DNA of 64,000 nucleotides from a plasmid: NCBI RefSeq assembly GCF_988243305.1, contig NZ_OZ547137.1; one strand, 5' to 3'. Shown piece by piece: positions 52,448 to 64,000 of this stretch (position 1 is its first letter; each line of letters starts with the position of its first letter). The notes under the pieces were generated by a model. It saw only the letters and a program-made list of their open reading frames with translations, ran no database searches and was not told where the DNA came from. The position numbers and the translations under genes were made by a program.

Positions 52448-52734
52448 AGTGGACTCATTACCCTCTGCCTGAGTAGTTCAAATCCTGCTCGACCATACAT
52501 CTGGCGTTTCAGCATCTTCAGGCGATTTACATGACCTTCGACAACACCATTACTCCAGCGACTACTGATTGCCTCACATATAGCTGCAGCATCAGCTTCC
52601 ATCCCCGCCGCCACGCGCCGAAATTCTGCTGAACCGCTTTCGTGGACTCGAGTGAACCAACTGCTTAGCTGTGATTTATTTTGGGTTTTCAGAATACGGT
52701 AGAACTCGAGTGCCAGTTGCTGCGCTATTTTCAG
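52448..52734 (-). pseudogene. ISL3-family transposase, C-terminal fragment
   Basis: Reverse-strand translation gives ...SNGVVEGHVNRLKMLKRQMYGRAGFELLRQRV..., the conserved ISL3 C-terminal motif; in frame with the upstream part once IS629 and one CTC copy are removed; stop position approximate. Confidence 0.5.
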
Positions 52735-52782
52735 CTCTGAACCGCCCCGGGTTTCCTGGAGAGTGTTTTATCTGTGAACTCA

Positions 52783-55522
<2,740 letters not shown>

Positions 55523-55936
55523 CGTAAGTAAAATCAGCCACCCACAGCTGGTCAGGTCGTTCTGCCACGAACTGACGGTTTACGCGGTCGCCTGCGGCAA
55601 CGGCTTTCCGGCTGATGGTCGTACGGACCTTTTTACCCCGGAGAACACCGGCAAGTCCCATAACCGCCATGAGACGTGCCACAGTGCATCTGGCCACTCT
55701 GATACCTTCCCGTAACAACTGACGCCAGACTTTACGCACACCGTATACCTTGTGATTTTCATCGTATACGCGCTGTATCTCTTTCTTCAGCCAGTCATCG
55801 CGCTGCGCACGGGCACTGCGTTTATCCGGATGATGTCGCTGTTGCTGACAGTGGTAATACGTTGACGGGGCAATATGCAGTTCGCTGCATAGCGGTCCGA
55901 CCCCGTACTGCTCACGCAGCTTATCCAGCAGTGGCA

Positions 55937-56263
55937 TCATTTTTTCCAGAGGCGGTCGAACTCCGCCTTCGCAAAATAAGCGGAAGCCTGGCGAAGGATA
56001 TCGTTACTGCGGCGCAGTTCACGATTTTCACGTTCCAGCTCTTTCAGACGCTGACGTTCAGCGGTGGTGAGCCCTCCATCACCGCCCCCGGTATCCCGCT
56101 CATGCTGGCGAACCCAGACACGCAGAGTCTCCGGCGTACAGCCAATCTTTGGAGCAATGGAACAAATTGTCGCCCATTGTGAGTCATATTCGCTCTGACT
56201 TTCCAGAACCATACGGACTGCCCGTTGACGGACTTCGGGGGAAAAACGAGTATTTTTAGTCAT
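55937..56263 (-). CDS. IS629-like transposase OrfA (copy 3)
   Basis: [31 protein letters not shown]...; a few substitutions relative to copies 1 and 2. Confidence 0.8.
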   Translation of the reverse strand: MTKNTRFSPEVRQRAVRMVLESQSEYDSQWATICSIAPKIGCTPETLRVWVRQHERDTGGGDGGLTTAERQRLKELERENRELRRSNDILRQASAYFAKAEFDRLWKK

Positions 56264-56317
56264 CCTGTTTACCTCTTTCTCAGGAAGTTTAGTCTCCAGG
56301 ATTCCCGGGGCGGTTCA

Positions 56318-57643
56318 CTCAGGTTCTTTTTCACACATCAGACTAATAAATCGGGAAGCATAATTTTCTTCATCCCTGGTTATTCTCCAGGGCATCAACC
56401 AGCGGCTTACCCGGGACACTGAAGGAAGTCTGACGGCAGTAGTAACCGGTGGGTTCCAGCCTTTACGCCATTTGGCAACCGCATCCCTGACGATGGTTTC
56501 ACTGCCTGTAAATCCCCGGGCCACCATTTCCCGCCATATCCGGCTGGCGTTATAATTACCACTTTCTCGTTGCTCTTTTAACCACTCCCTCCATGGGTCC
56601 AGAAGCCCTCGCTTTGGAGGTCGGGTTGACATTTCAGGGAATGTTCCTGAACGCACCCAGCGACTGACTGTCACACGCGACAGGCCTGTAATACGGGATA
56701 TTTCCCTGAAACTACATCCCTTGTTATGCAGGGCCATAACCTCTGTCCAACGCTGATGCCGTTTTTTGCGGGTTTGTTGTTTTAGGCGTTCCGGACGACG
56801 GAGCGATGCTGCAGGCACAGATGGTTCTGGATCAGGTGATTTCTTTGGTGACAACTCACTGGCAACAAGACGTATCAGAGGTATATGTCTGTACATCATT
56901 CGTTCAGGCGCATCGCCAATATTTTTTAGCAGATGCCATCGATCGGCCACCTGTCTGGCCTGAGGTGCACCTTCACGTGCTGCTGTCGCATAGACTCCAC
57001 TGCGATCACGCGAGACAATCTGTATTTCCGGATATTTTCTGAACCAGGTCGCCAGCGTACGCTGATCACGGCCGGGAAGCAGGACGAGGGGACGGTGAGT
57101 ATCAAGATTGACGATTAACGTACCGTAACGGTGGCCCCGATGCCACGCCCACTCATCAATACCGACATGAGGCGCGCCTGACTGTTTCGTCTCCGGGGTA
57201 TTGATAACCCTGCGAAGGAGAGTATCAGCACTGCAACGGAGACCCACTGCCGTTGCTGCCCGTTTCCCGGCCTCACCTCCGGCGATTAATCCCAGTTGAC
57301 GTTGTAAATTTTGTAACGCCTGTGAAGACTGTTGGTGTGAACCGGCGAAGGGAGCAAGCGACTCGGCAAAAATTTTACGTGAACAAGCCGGGTTACGGCA
57401 GTACCAGTGGCGGACGGAAAATACAAGCCATAGCGTATGTCCTGAGCAGGGTGGATGCTGTATCCGGCGCCGACGACAACTATGAACAGAGTCGCTACGC
57501 TTAAAGCATTCAGGACATTGTGCTGTTTTGCGTTTTCCGTGGAGATGGAGGGTTATACCGTCAGAGCTAATAATTTGTCGACTGCATCGCCATCCGCAAG
57601 GTAACTGTAGAAGTGTCTTAAGAGAGTGCATTGAGTTGCCCAT
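56318..57643 (-). pseudogene. ISL3-family transposase, N-terminal 440 codons, terminated at the IS629 junction
   Basis: The stop codon of ORF 56315..57643 is formed by the last three bases of IS629 (tca at 56315..56317). Confidence 0.7.
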
Positions 57644-57738
57644 GACTTAAAACAGCTTAGATCTTTGTTCACCAGAAAGTTTCATCCATTTTCTTCCACC
57701 CAAGTTGCGGAAGAACCACTTTTCATCCGTCGTTGACA

Positions 57739-58258
57739 TGACGGGTTTGAGTTCCGCTGTGATAACGGAGAAAAACTGCGGGTCACGTTCGCGCTGGACT
57801 GCTGTGACCGTGAGGCACTGCACGGTCACAACGGGTGGCTTCGACAGTGAAACAGTACAGGACGTCATGCTGGGAGCAGTGGAACGCCGCTTTGGCAGCG
57901 AGCTTCCGGCGTCTCCAGTGGAGTGGCTGACGGATAATGGTTCATGCTACCGGGCGAATGAAACACGTCAGTTCGCCAGGATGTTGGGACTTGAACCGAA
58001 GAACACGGCAGTGCGGAGTCCGGAGAGTAACGGAATAGCAGAGAGCTTCGTGAAAACGATAAAGCGTGACTACATAAGTATCATGCCCAAACCAGACGGG
58101 TTAACAGCAGCAAAGAACCTTGCAGAGGCGTTCGAGCATTATAACGAATGGCATCCGCATAGTGCGTTGGGTTATCGCTCGCCACGGGAATATCTGCGGC
58201 AGCGGTCCAGTAATGGGTTAAGTGATAACAGGTGTCTGGAAATATAGGGGCAAATCCA
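57739..58258 (+). mobile_element. IS2 right-hand fragment
   Basis: Ends with the IS2 right terminus ...ggaaatataggggcaaatcca; begins abruptly at the ISL3 end. Confidence 0.75.
57756..58247 (+). pseudogene. insD: IS2 transposase InsD, C-terminal fragment
   Basis: ...[24 protein letters not shown]...[27 protein letters not shown] matches the InsD C-terminal about 165 aa as recalled. Confidence 0.8.
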
Positions 58259-58259
58259 A

Positions 58260-58480
58260 TATCCAAGCCTATCTCTTATTTTAAGATACATCTACTGTCT
58301 GGTATTTCAGGGGGCCAGCTCAGGCGGATTTAATGGCAAAGCCGTGAAGGTAGCAAAAGAAGCCGGATTTCACCTAGCGGTGACGACCATGAAAGGCAAA
58401 GTAAAACCGGGGGATAATCCGTTGTTACTAAAACGACTTTATATCTTAAGAATGGATTCGCTGGAGACGATGTCGCGGCT
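58260..58480 (+). other. Possible 3' remnant of a gene truncated by IS2 (identity unknown)
   Basis: Open frame continuing out of the IS2 end (..[25 protein letters not shown]..); its true stop is not evident, and the ORF-track extension to 58916 runs antisense through panD. Confidence 0.2.
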
Positions 58481-58508
58481 GGTGAGTAACCAGCCGCAGG
58501 GATCACAA

Positions 58509-58889
58509 TCAGGCAACCTGTACCGGAATCGCTTTCGCGGTACGTTTCATTTCGTTGTCGCCTTCAAAATAGGCGACGTTGGGTCGCCAGGTGCGAGCTT
58601 CTTCATCTGGTATGGTAACGAAGCTGGCGATGATGACAATATCGCCGACGCTGGCGCAGTGGGCCGCCGCACCGTTAACAGAAATAATTCTCGAACCACG
58701 TTCTGCTGCGATTGCATAGGTGGAGAAACGCTTGCCGTTGGTTACATTCCAGATATCAATGGCCTCGTTTTCGAGAATACCGGCTGCGTCAAGAAAATCC
58801 TGGTCAATGGCGCAAGAACCTTCATAGTGCAGGTCCGCATGAGTCACTTTCACGCGGTGGAGTTTGCCCTGCAGCATCGTGCGAATCAT
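58509..58889 (-). CDS. panD: Aspartate 1-decarboxylase PanD
   Basis: 126 aa, [49 protein letters not shown]..., essentially identical to E. coli PanD as recalled. Confidence 0.9.
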   Translation of the reverse strand: MIRTMLQGKLHRVKVTHADLHYEGSCAIDQDFLDAAGILENEAIDIWNVTNGKRFSTYAIAAERGSRIISVNGAAAHCASVGDIVIIASFVTIPDEEARTWRPNVAYFEGDNEMKRTAKAIPVQVA

Positions 58890-59161
58890 AACTTCTACCT
58901 TTCTACCTGTCGTTAACGAAGCAGGCGATGCCTACTTTGAGGAAATTCTCACGCAGTATTGCCCGATTTTTGTTTAGTGTCTACTCATCTGACGGCATTT
59001 GCATCAGCAGTTTGCGTACCGTGCCGAAGCGTGCCATATAACGCCTGTAACCAATTGAAATTTATCTGAACGCTGCTCGGTAAACACTAAAGAGGCGGCT
59101 GACGACGGCACACCATGACTGGATACTGCCTTCACGCAAGACAACACGGAAGGCAGGGAAG

Positions 59162-59305
59162 ATGAATGCACCGAGTACCACACCGCATGATGCGGTGTTT
59201 AAACAATTTTTAATGCATGCGGAAACGGCTCATGACTTTCTGGATATCCATTTGCCAGCGGAGCTACGCGAACTGTGTGGATTTAGCTCGCTAGGAGCGA
59301 GGTAA
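59162..59305 (+). pseudogene. Rpn (YhgA-like) recombination-promoting nuclease, N-terminal remnant
   Basis: 47-codon [42 protein letters not shown] then an early stop; matches the conserved Rpn N-terminus as recalled. Confidence 0.5.
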
Positions 59306-59463
59306 CAGACAACGTTAGCTTTGCGCTTACAACTTATGAGTGATCTCTATCACGATTTTACTTCCATTAAATGGTTTGTCTACGCGAGTAGATTTATTTA
59401 TATGTAATAAAATACAATATCTACCTGTGATGTATATCTGACGGATAATATCAAGGAGTTCTT

Positions 59464-60858
59464 ATGAACACGCATTCATCCACTGTTTCCCTGACAGATT
59501 ACCAACAGGCAGCTCAGGAGCGGCTGGAAACCTCCGAGGGACGCCGCGAGTTTTGGCGAGCAACAGTTTCCTGCTGGTTAGGCACTACGATGGAATATGC
59601 CGATTTTGCCCTGTACGGCCTTGCCGCAGGTATTATCTTTGGCGATGTCTTTTTTCCGGAGGCGACACCCGTCATGGCATTACTTTCCAGCTTTGCCGCC
59701 TATTCTGTTGGGTTTATTGCCCGCCCTATTGGTGCATTACTATTCGGCTGGATAGGCGATAAACATGGTCGGAAAATTGTCATGGTTATCACTATTGGAT
59801 TGATGGGCATGTCGACCATGCTAATAGGATTAATCCCCAGTTACGCCCAGATAGGCGTCTGGGCACCGATATGTCTGGTTATCCTTCGATTTTCTCAGGG
59901 GCTGGGAGCTGGAGCGGAACTTTCAGGCGGTACTGTGATGCTTGGTGAATATGCTCCCGTTAAACGACGTGGACTGGTTTCATCTGTTATTGGTCTGGGT
60001 TCGAACAGCGGAACATTACTGGCTTCGCTGGTTTGGCTCATCGTCCTGCAAATGGACAAGGATGACTTATTAAGCTGGGGATGGCGTATTCCTTTTCTTT
60101 GCAGCATTCTTATTGCTGCTACAGCTCTATTAATTCGTCGTCATATACGTGAAACACCAGTCTTTGAACGTCAAAAAGCCCTTCTGCAGGCTGAACGAGA
60201 AAAGGTTATTCGTGAGGAAAAAGCACAGCAACAACATAACAGTCGTAGCTTCTGGAAACGGACCCGTGCCTTCTGGACCATGGTCGGATTACGCATAGGA
60301 GAGAATGGTCCTTCTTATCTCGCTCAGGGATTTATCATTGGCTATGTCGCGAAAGTACTGATGGTGGATAAGTCCGTACCCACGGCAGCTGTACTTATTG
60401 CATCCGTTCTGGGATTTGCCATTATTCCTCTGGCGGGTTGGCTGTCCGATAGATTCGGTAGACGTATCATCTATCGTTGGTTCTGCTTGTTACTGATCCT
60501 GTATGCCTTTCCGGCATTTATGCTGCTGGATTCTCGTGAGCCGTGGATTGTTATCCCGACGATCATTACCGGGATGGGGCTGGCTTCACTGGGTATTTTT
60601 GGTGTTCAGGCTGCGTGGGGCGTTGAGCTTTTCGGTGTCACTAATCGTTATACCAAAATGGCATTTGCAAAAGAGCTCGGTTCCATTCTGTCTGGCGGGA
60701 CTGCACCACTTATCGCCTCTGCGCTACTCTCGTATTACGGGCACTGGTGGCCAATCGCTATCTATTTCGCCTTTATGGCTGCGATTGGACTGGTGACCAC
60801 TTTCTTTGCACCAGAGACTCGCGGACGGGATCTCAACTTACCCGAGGATGCAATTTAA
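59464..60858 (+). CDS. MFS transporter (metabolite:H+ symporter family, ProP/ShiA-like)
   Basis: 464 aa; MFS signature GWIGDKHGRK and 12-TM pattern; AAGGAG site before the ATG. Confidence 0.8.
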   Translation: MNTHSSTVSLTDYQQAAQERLETSEGRREFWRATVSCWLGTTMEYADFALYGLAAGIIFGDVFFPEATPVMALLSSFAAYSVGFIARPIGALLFGWIGDKHGRKIVMVITIGLMGMSTMLIGLIPSYAQIGVWAPICLVILRFSQGLGAGAELSGGTVMLGEYAPVKRRGLVSSVIGLGSNSGTLLASLVWLIVLQMDKDDLLSWGWRIPFLCSILIAATALLIRRHIRETPVFERQKALLQAEREKVIREEKAQQQHNSRSFWKRTRAFWTMVGLRIGENGPSYLAQGFIIGYVAKVLMVDKSVPTAAVLIASVLGFAIIPLAGWLSDRFGRRIIYRWFCLLLILYAFPAFMLLDSREPWIVIPTIITGMGLASLGIFGVQAAWGVELFGVTNRYTKMAFAKELGSILSGGTAPLIASALLSYYGHWWPIAIYFAFMAAIGLVTTFFAPETRGRDLNLPEDAI

Positions 60859-60963
60859 GGCCAGAGAACGCGAGATGCGCGTTCTTTACCAAAGATTTTT
60901 GGGTCATAACGCCTTATGCTGTCTGGAAAAAATCACTCTGAACGCAAATCAGGTAGGTGCTTC

Positions 60964-61995
60964 GTGAGTCAATCACATTCACAACGCGTAACACGTTCTG
61001 ACGTGGCAAAAGAAGCAGGGACATCCGTCGCTGTCGTTAGTTACGTTATTAATAATGGCCCGCGCCCCGTTGCCGAAGCGACCCGACAACGTGTACTACA
61101 GGCCATTAAGAAAACCGGTTATCGACCCAATGGCATCGCGCGTGCGCTGGCTTCAGGGAGTACGCAAACTTATGGGCTAGTCGCTCCGGACATCTCGAAC
61201 CCGTTTATCGCCTCTATGGCTCATGCCCTGCAACACGAAGCCTTTGCTGATGGCAAAGTACTCCTGCTGGGCGACGCAGGCGATAGTAGCTGCCGTGAAC
61301 GTGAACTAATTAATAATATGCTACACCGCCAGGTTGACGGGCTGATCTACACCAGTGTTGATCGCCATCCTTATATCAATTTGATTCAGGAGAGCGGTAC
61401 CCCCTGCGTCATGCTCGATCGTGTGGATCCTGGGCTTAACGTCAGCGTTATCCAGGTTGATGAACAACTGGCGGCGATGCAGGTAACACAACATCTTATT
61501 GATCACGGATACCGCGACATCGGCATCATCTGCGGCCCGCGTGAAATGCTGAATACTCAGGATCGTATCCGGGGCTGGCAGCAGGCGCTGGAAGCCTCAT
61601 CGTTAGTGGTCAATCCCTCATGGATTTTTTCGACCAACTATACCCGCGCCGGCGGTTACGAGGCGACAAAACGCATGCTTGAGCACCAACTGCCACGCGC
61701 CCTGTTCGCGACAAATGAACAACAGGCTCTCGGCTGTTTACGCGCTCTGGCAGAACATGGGCTGCGCGTTCCTGAAGATGTTGCGCTGGTCTGCTTTAAC
61801 GCAACACAAGAATCGGCTTATAACGTCCCTTCTTTAACCGCCGTTCGACAACCTGTCGATAAGATGGCCCGTGCGGCAATTGACATGCTGAAAAATTGGG
61901 ATGGAGAAGTTCGCCGTGTTGAATTTGAGTTTTATTTACGAACAGGAGAGTCGTGTGGCTGCCAAGGGCATGAAATACAACCCGAGAAAAAGTGA
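60964..61995 (+). CDS. LacI-family transcriptional regulator
   Basis: HTH VTRSDVAKEAGTSVAVVSYVINN then periplasmic-binding-like domain; GTG start with an AGGTAGG site preferred over the upstream ATG at 60916. Confidence 0.75.
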   Translation: MSQSHSQRVTRSDVAKEAGTSVAVVSYVINNGPRPVAEATRQRVLQAIKKTGYRPNGIARALASGSTQTYGLVAPDISNPFIASMAHALQHEAFADGKVLLLGDAGDSSCRERELINNMLHRQVDGLIYTSVDRHPYINLIQESGTPCVMLDRVDPGLNVSVIQVDEQLAAMQVTQHLIDHGYRDIGIICGPREMLNTQDRIRGWQQALEASSLVVNPSWIFSTNYTRAGGYEATKRMLEHQLPRALFATNEQQALGCLRALAEHGLRVPEDVALVCFNATQESAYNVPSLTAVRQPVDKMARAAIDMLKNWDGEVRRVEFEFYLRTGESCGCQGHEIQPEKK

Positions 61996-62005
61996 AAATG
62001 AATCG

Positions 62006-62989
62006 ATGCGTATCATTATTGACTGCGATCCGGGGAACGGCATTCCCGGCGCTAATATCGACGATGGTCTGGCGCTGGCGCTGGCCATTGCCGCACCGCA
62101 AATCGCGCTGGAAATGATCACCACTGTTGCCGGAAATACGCCGGTAGACGTGGGATATGCGGTCGCTAGAGATCTCATTACACAATTGGATATTCCTGTT
62201 GCGGTCTACCGTGGTGCCTCGCGTGCGCTCTTGGAAGATCCGCAACCTTGGCGTGAAAAACTGGATCATGGTGTCGATCAGTTTGGTTTACGGCAACTCT
62301 GGTCGAATGTTCCTGCTCCAGCATTGTGCCAGCAGGTAGAACCCCATGCGCCTGAAGCAATAGGTGAACTCATCTGTCGTAATCCAGGCGAAATAACGTT
62401 GGTTGCTACCGGCCCCCTCACCAATGTAGCTATCGCCCTGCAGCTTTACCCGCAGATTGTTCACGCGGTCAAAAATATCGTCGTTATGGGTGGTGTGTTC
62501 AATGTTCCAGGCTACCTGAAAGATACAAATTTTGGTCTAGACCCTGAGGCGGCTCATGCGGTGCTCACCAGCGGTGCGCCAGTCACGCTGGTCCCGATGG
62601 ATGTGACAACGCAAACCCAAATGCTTCACGCCGATTTGGATCGTCTAGCAAAAACAGAAAACGGGCTTAGCCGTTATTTGGCACAAACCATTCGACCATG
62701 GATTACATACTCTATGCAAACCCGCAATCTGCCTGGGTGTTGGATCCACGATGTGTTAACCATTGCCTGGTTACTGGATCCCTCTCTTGCAACAACGGCT
62801 GAAGATTATCTGGATGTCTCTCTGGAAGGTATTACACGCGGAATGACTTGTTGCTATGGACGTGACACATTACGCCTCAATATTGGGATCCCTGAACCAA
62901 AAGGTGCACAGGTCACAATTCTGCAGAGCATCGATAACCCGCGGCTTATTTCGCTGATAGAGCACTATATCCAGAACTACGGCGCGTAG
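62006..62989 (+). CDS. Nucleoside hydrolase (inosine-uridine preferring, IUNH family)
   Basis: N-terminal IIIDCDPGNGIPGANIDDGLALALA aspartate-cluster motif; start at the internal Met just after the lacI-family stop. Confidence 0.8.
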   Translation: MRIIIDCDPGNGIPGANIDDGLALALAIAAPQIALEMITTVAGNTPVDVGYAVARDLITQLDIPVAVYRGASRALLEDPQPWREKLDHGVDQFGLRQLWSNVPAPALCQQVEPHAPEAIGELICRNPGEITLVATGPLTNVAIALQLYPQIVHAVKNIVVMGGVFNVPGYLKDTNFGLDPEAAHAVLTSGAPVTLVPMDVTTQTQMLHADLDRLAKTENGLSRYLAQTIRPWITYSMQTRNLPGCWIHDVLTIAWLLDPSLATTAEDYLDVSLEGITRGMTCCYGRDTLRLNIGIPEPKGAQVTILQSIDNPRLISLIEHYIQNYGA

Positions 62990-63052
62990 CCTCATGGGGC
63001 AGAAAAGGAGACCTTCGTACACAGTTTGGGGTGATTTTTTTCCGGAGGAAAT

Positions 63053-63766
63053 ATGAATACGTTATCCTTCTTATTATTCAGTGAAGAAGAATCTCTCTTT
63101 ATTACACTAGGCAAAATTTGCGTCGCGTTTATCCTTGGTGGCATTATTGGCCTTGAAAGAGAATCGAAAGGGAAGCCTGTTGGATTTAAAACGTGCGTCA
63201 TTATTTCAGTCGCCAGTTGTGTTCTGACAATTGTATCGATTCAGTCTGCAGAATATTACGCTGAAATCTCGATGAATATACGTAGCGATCCGATGCGACT
63301 GGCAGCACAGATTATCAGTGGTGTAGGTTTTCTCGGCGCAGGTGTTATCCTTCATCGCCATGACGATGCTATATCTGGACTAACAACTGCAGCTATCGTT
63401 TGGGCTTCGGCTGGGGTGGGCATTACATGTGGTGCTGGGTTTTATATGCATGCTTTGGTTACCACTGCTTTGTTCATGATTGCAATAAAACTCAGCTATT
63501 TTGTGCTCTTTTTGCAAGCTAAGAATCAATTTCCGGGTAAAGTAAAAGTTCATGTTACTCTTGACGAAAGATCAGGGCTACAAGCCCTGATAGAGTGTAT
63601 TAATCAACAAAAAAATATTATTGAAGCGTTCACTATTCGCGATGTTAAAAAGGGAAGAATAGAAATTAACCTTAAGGTCGTGATTAGAAAAAAAATGATA
63701 TTACCAGAACTATACCATTCACTCTCTAAGCTTGAACATGTTTGCGCTATCGCGCTGGAACACTGA
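63053..63766 (+). CDS. MgtC/SapB-family membrane protein
   Basis: 237 aa; MgtC-type motif ILGGIIGLERE near the N-terminus. Confidence 0.75.
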   Translation: MNTLSFLLFSEEESLFITLGKICVAFILGGIIGLERESKGKPVGFKTCVIISVASCVLTIVSIQSAEYYAEISMNIRSDPMRLAAQIISGVGFLGAGVILHRHDDAISGLTTAAIVWASAGVGITCGAGFYMHALVTTALFMIAIKLSYFVLFLQAKNQFPGKVKVHVTLDERSGLQALIECINQQKNIIEAFTIRDVKKGRIEINLKVVIRKKMILPELYHSLSKLEHVCAIALEH

Positions 63767-63911
63767 AAGCATCGATTAGAGGCTAAAACAGCAATAAAAA
63801 CATTCACAATAACAATTAGTCAAGTCTGGATATCATATGTTCACAGAGGCAGAAGGCTCTGTGTTAATTGGTACTACAGGAATTAAATAATGGTACCCCC
63901 TACTGTACTAG

Positions 63912-64000
63912 CTGTCTCTTGATCAGAGCTCCTGATCAAGAGACTTCATCACCAGGTAACCCTCAACCATATCCTGAAGTCTGAACCAGCCATCCCACAT
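63912..64000 (-). mobile_element. IS50-like terminus, copy 2 (runs off the window end)
   Basis: ctgtctcttgatcagagct... matches 38446 onward with one mismatch (position 17 of the 19-bp end). Confidence 0.6.

Noticed and set aside
58344..58916. 190-aa plus-strand ORF covering panD
   Set aside because: It runs antisense through the whole well-conserved panD gene; only its first part, continuous with the frame leaving IS2, might be a real gene remnant.

Overview
This window reads as a mosaic, IS-saturated, plasmid-like segment. All protein identifications come from reading the supplied translations and the DNA by eye; no database search or alignment tool was run, so family names are recalled, not verified. 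Plasmid backbone: a RepFIB-type repA flanked by iterons, an F-like ccdA-ccdB-resD module, a pB171-like double partition locus (parMR and parAB, divergent around a repeat-rich intergenic region), two further toxin-antitoxin pairs and a second tyrosine recombinase. Cargo: an Afa/Dr/AAF-type chaperone-usher adhesin operon with a (CTTGAA)n tract in its leader; a SIR2-HerA defense pair whose SIR2 gene is split by IS3 with a 3-bp TCC duplication; an adjacent uncharacterised four-gene operon (KfrA-like, unknown, DUF2971-like, Abi_C/HEPN-like) that I rank as the best candidate for an undescribed system; a GC-rich gpdQ plus ABC-transporter operon; a DUF1537-kinase/PdxA2/GntP cluster; and a C-S lyase/NhaC pair. 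Decayed genes include a umuDC-like operon, a resolvase and an alcohol dehydrogenase. Mobile DNA is nested: a group II intron sits inside IS629, which sits inside an ISL3 element (CTC duplication), with IS2, IS66, Tn3-family, IS50-like and other IS3-family remnants nearby. The right end carries chromosomal-type genes (panD, MFS transporter, LacI regulator, nucleoside hydrolase, MgtC-like). No rRNA, tRNA or CRISPR array was seen.
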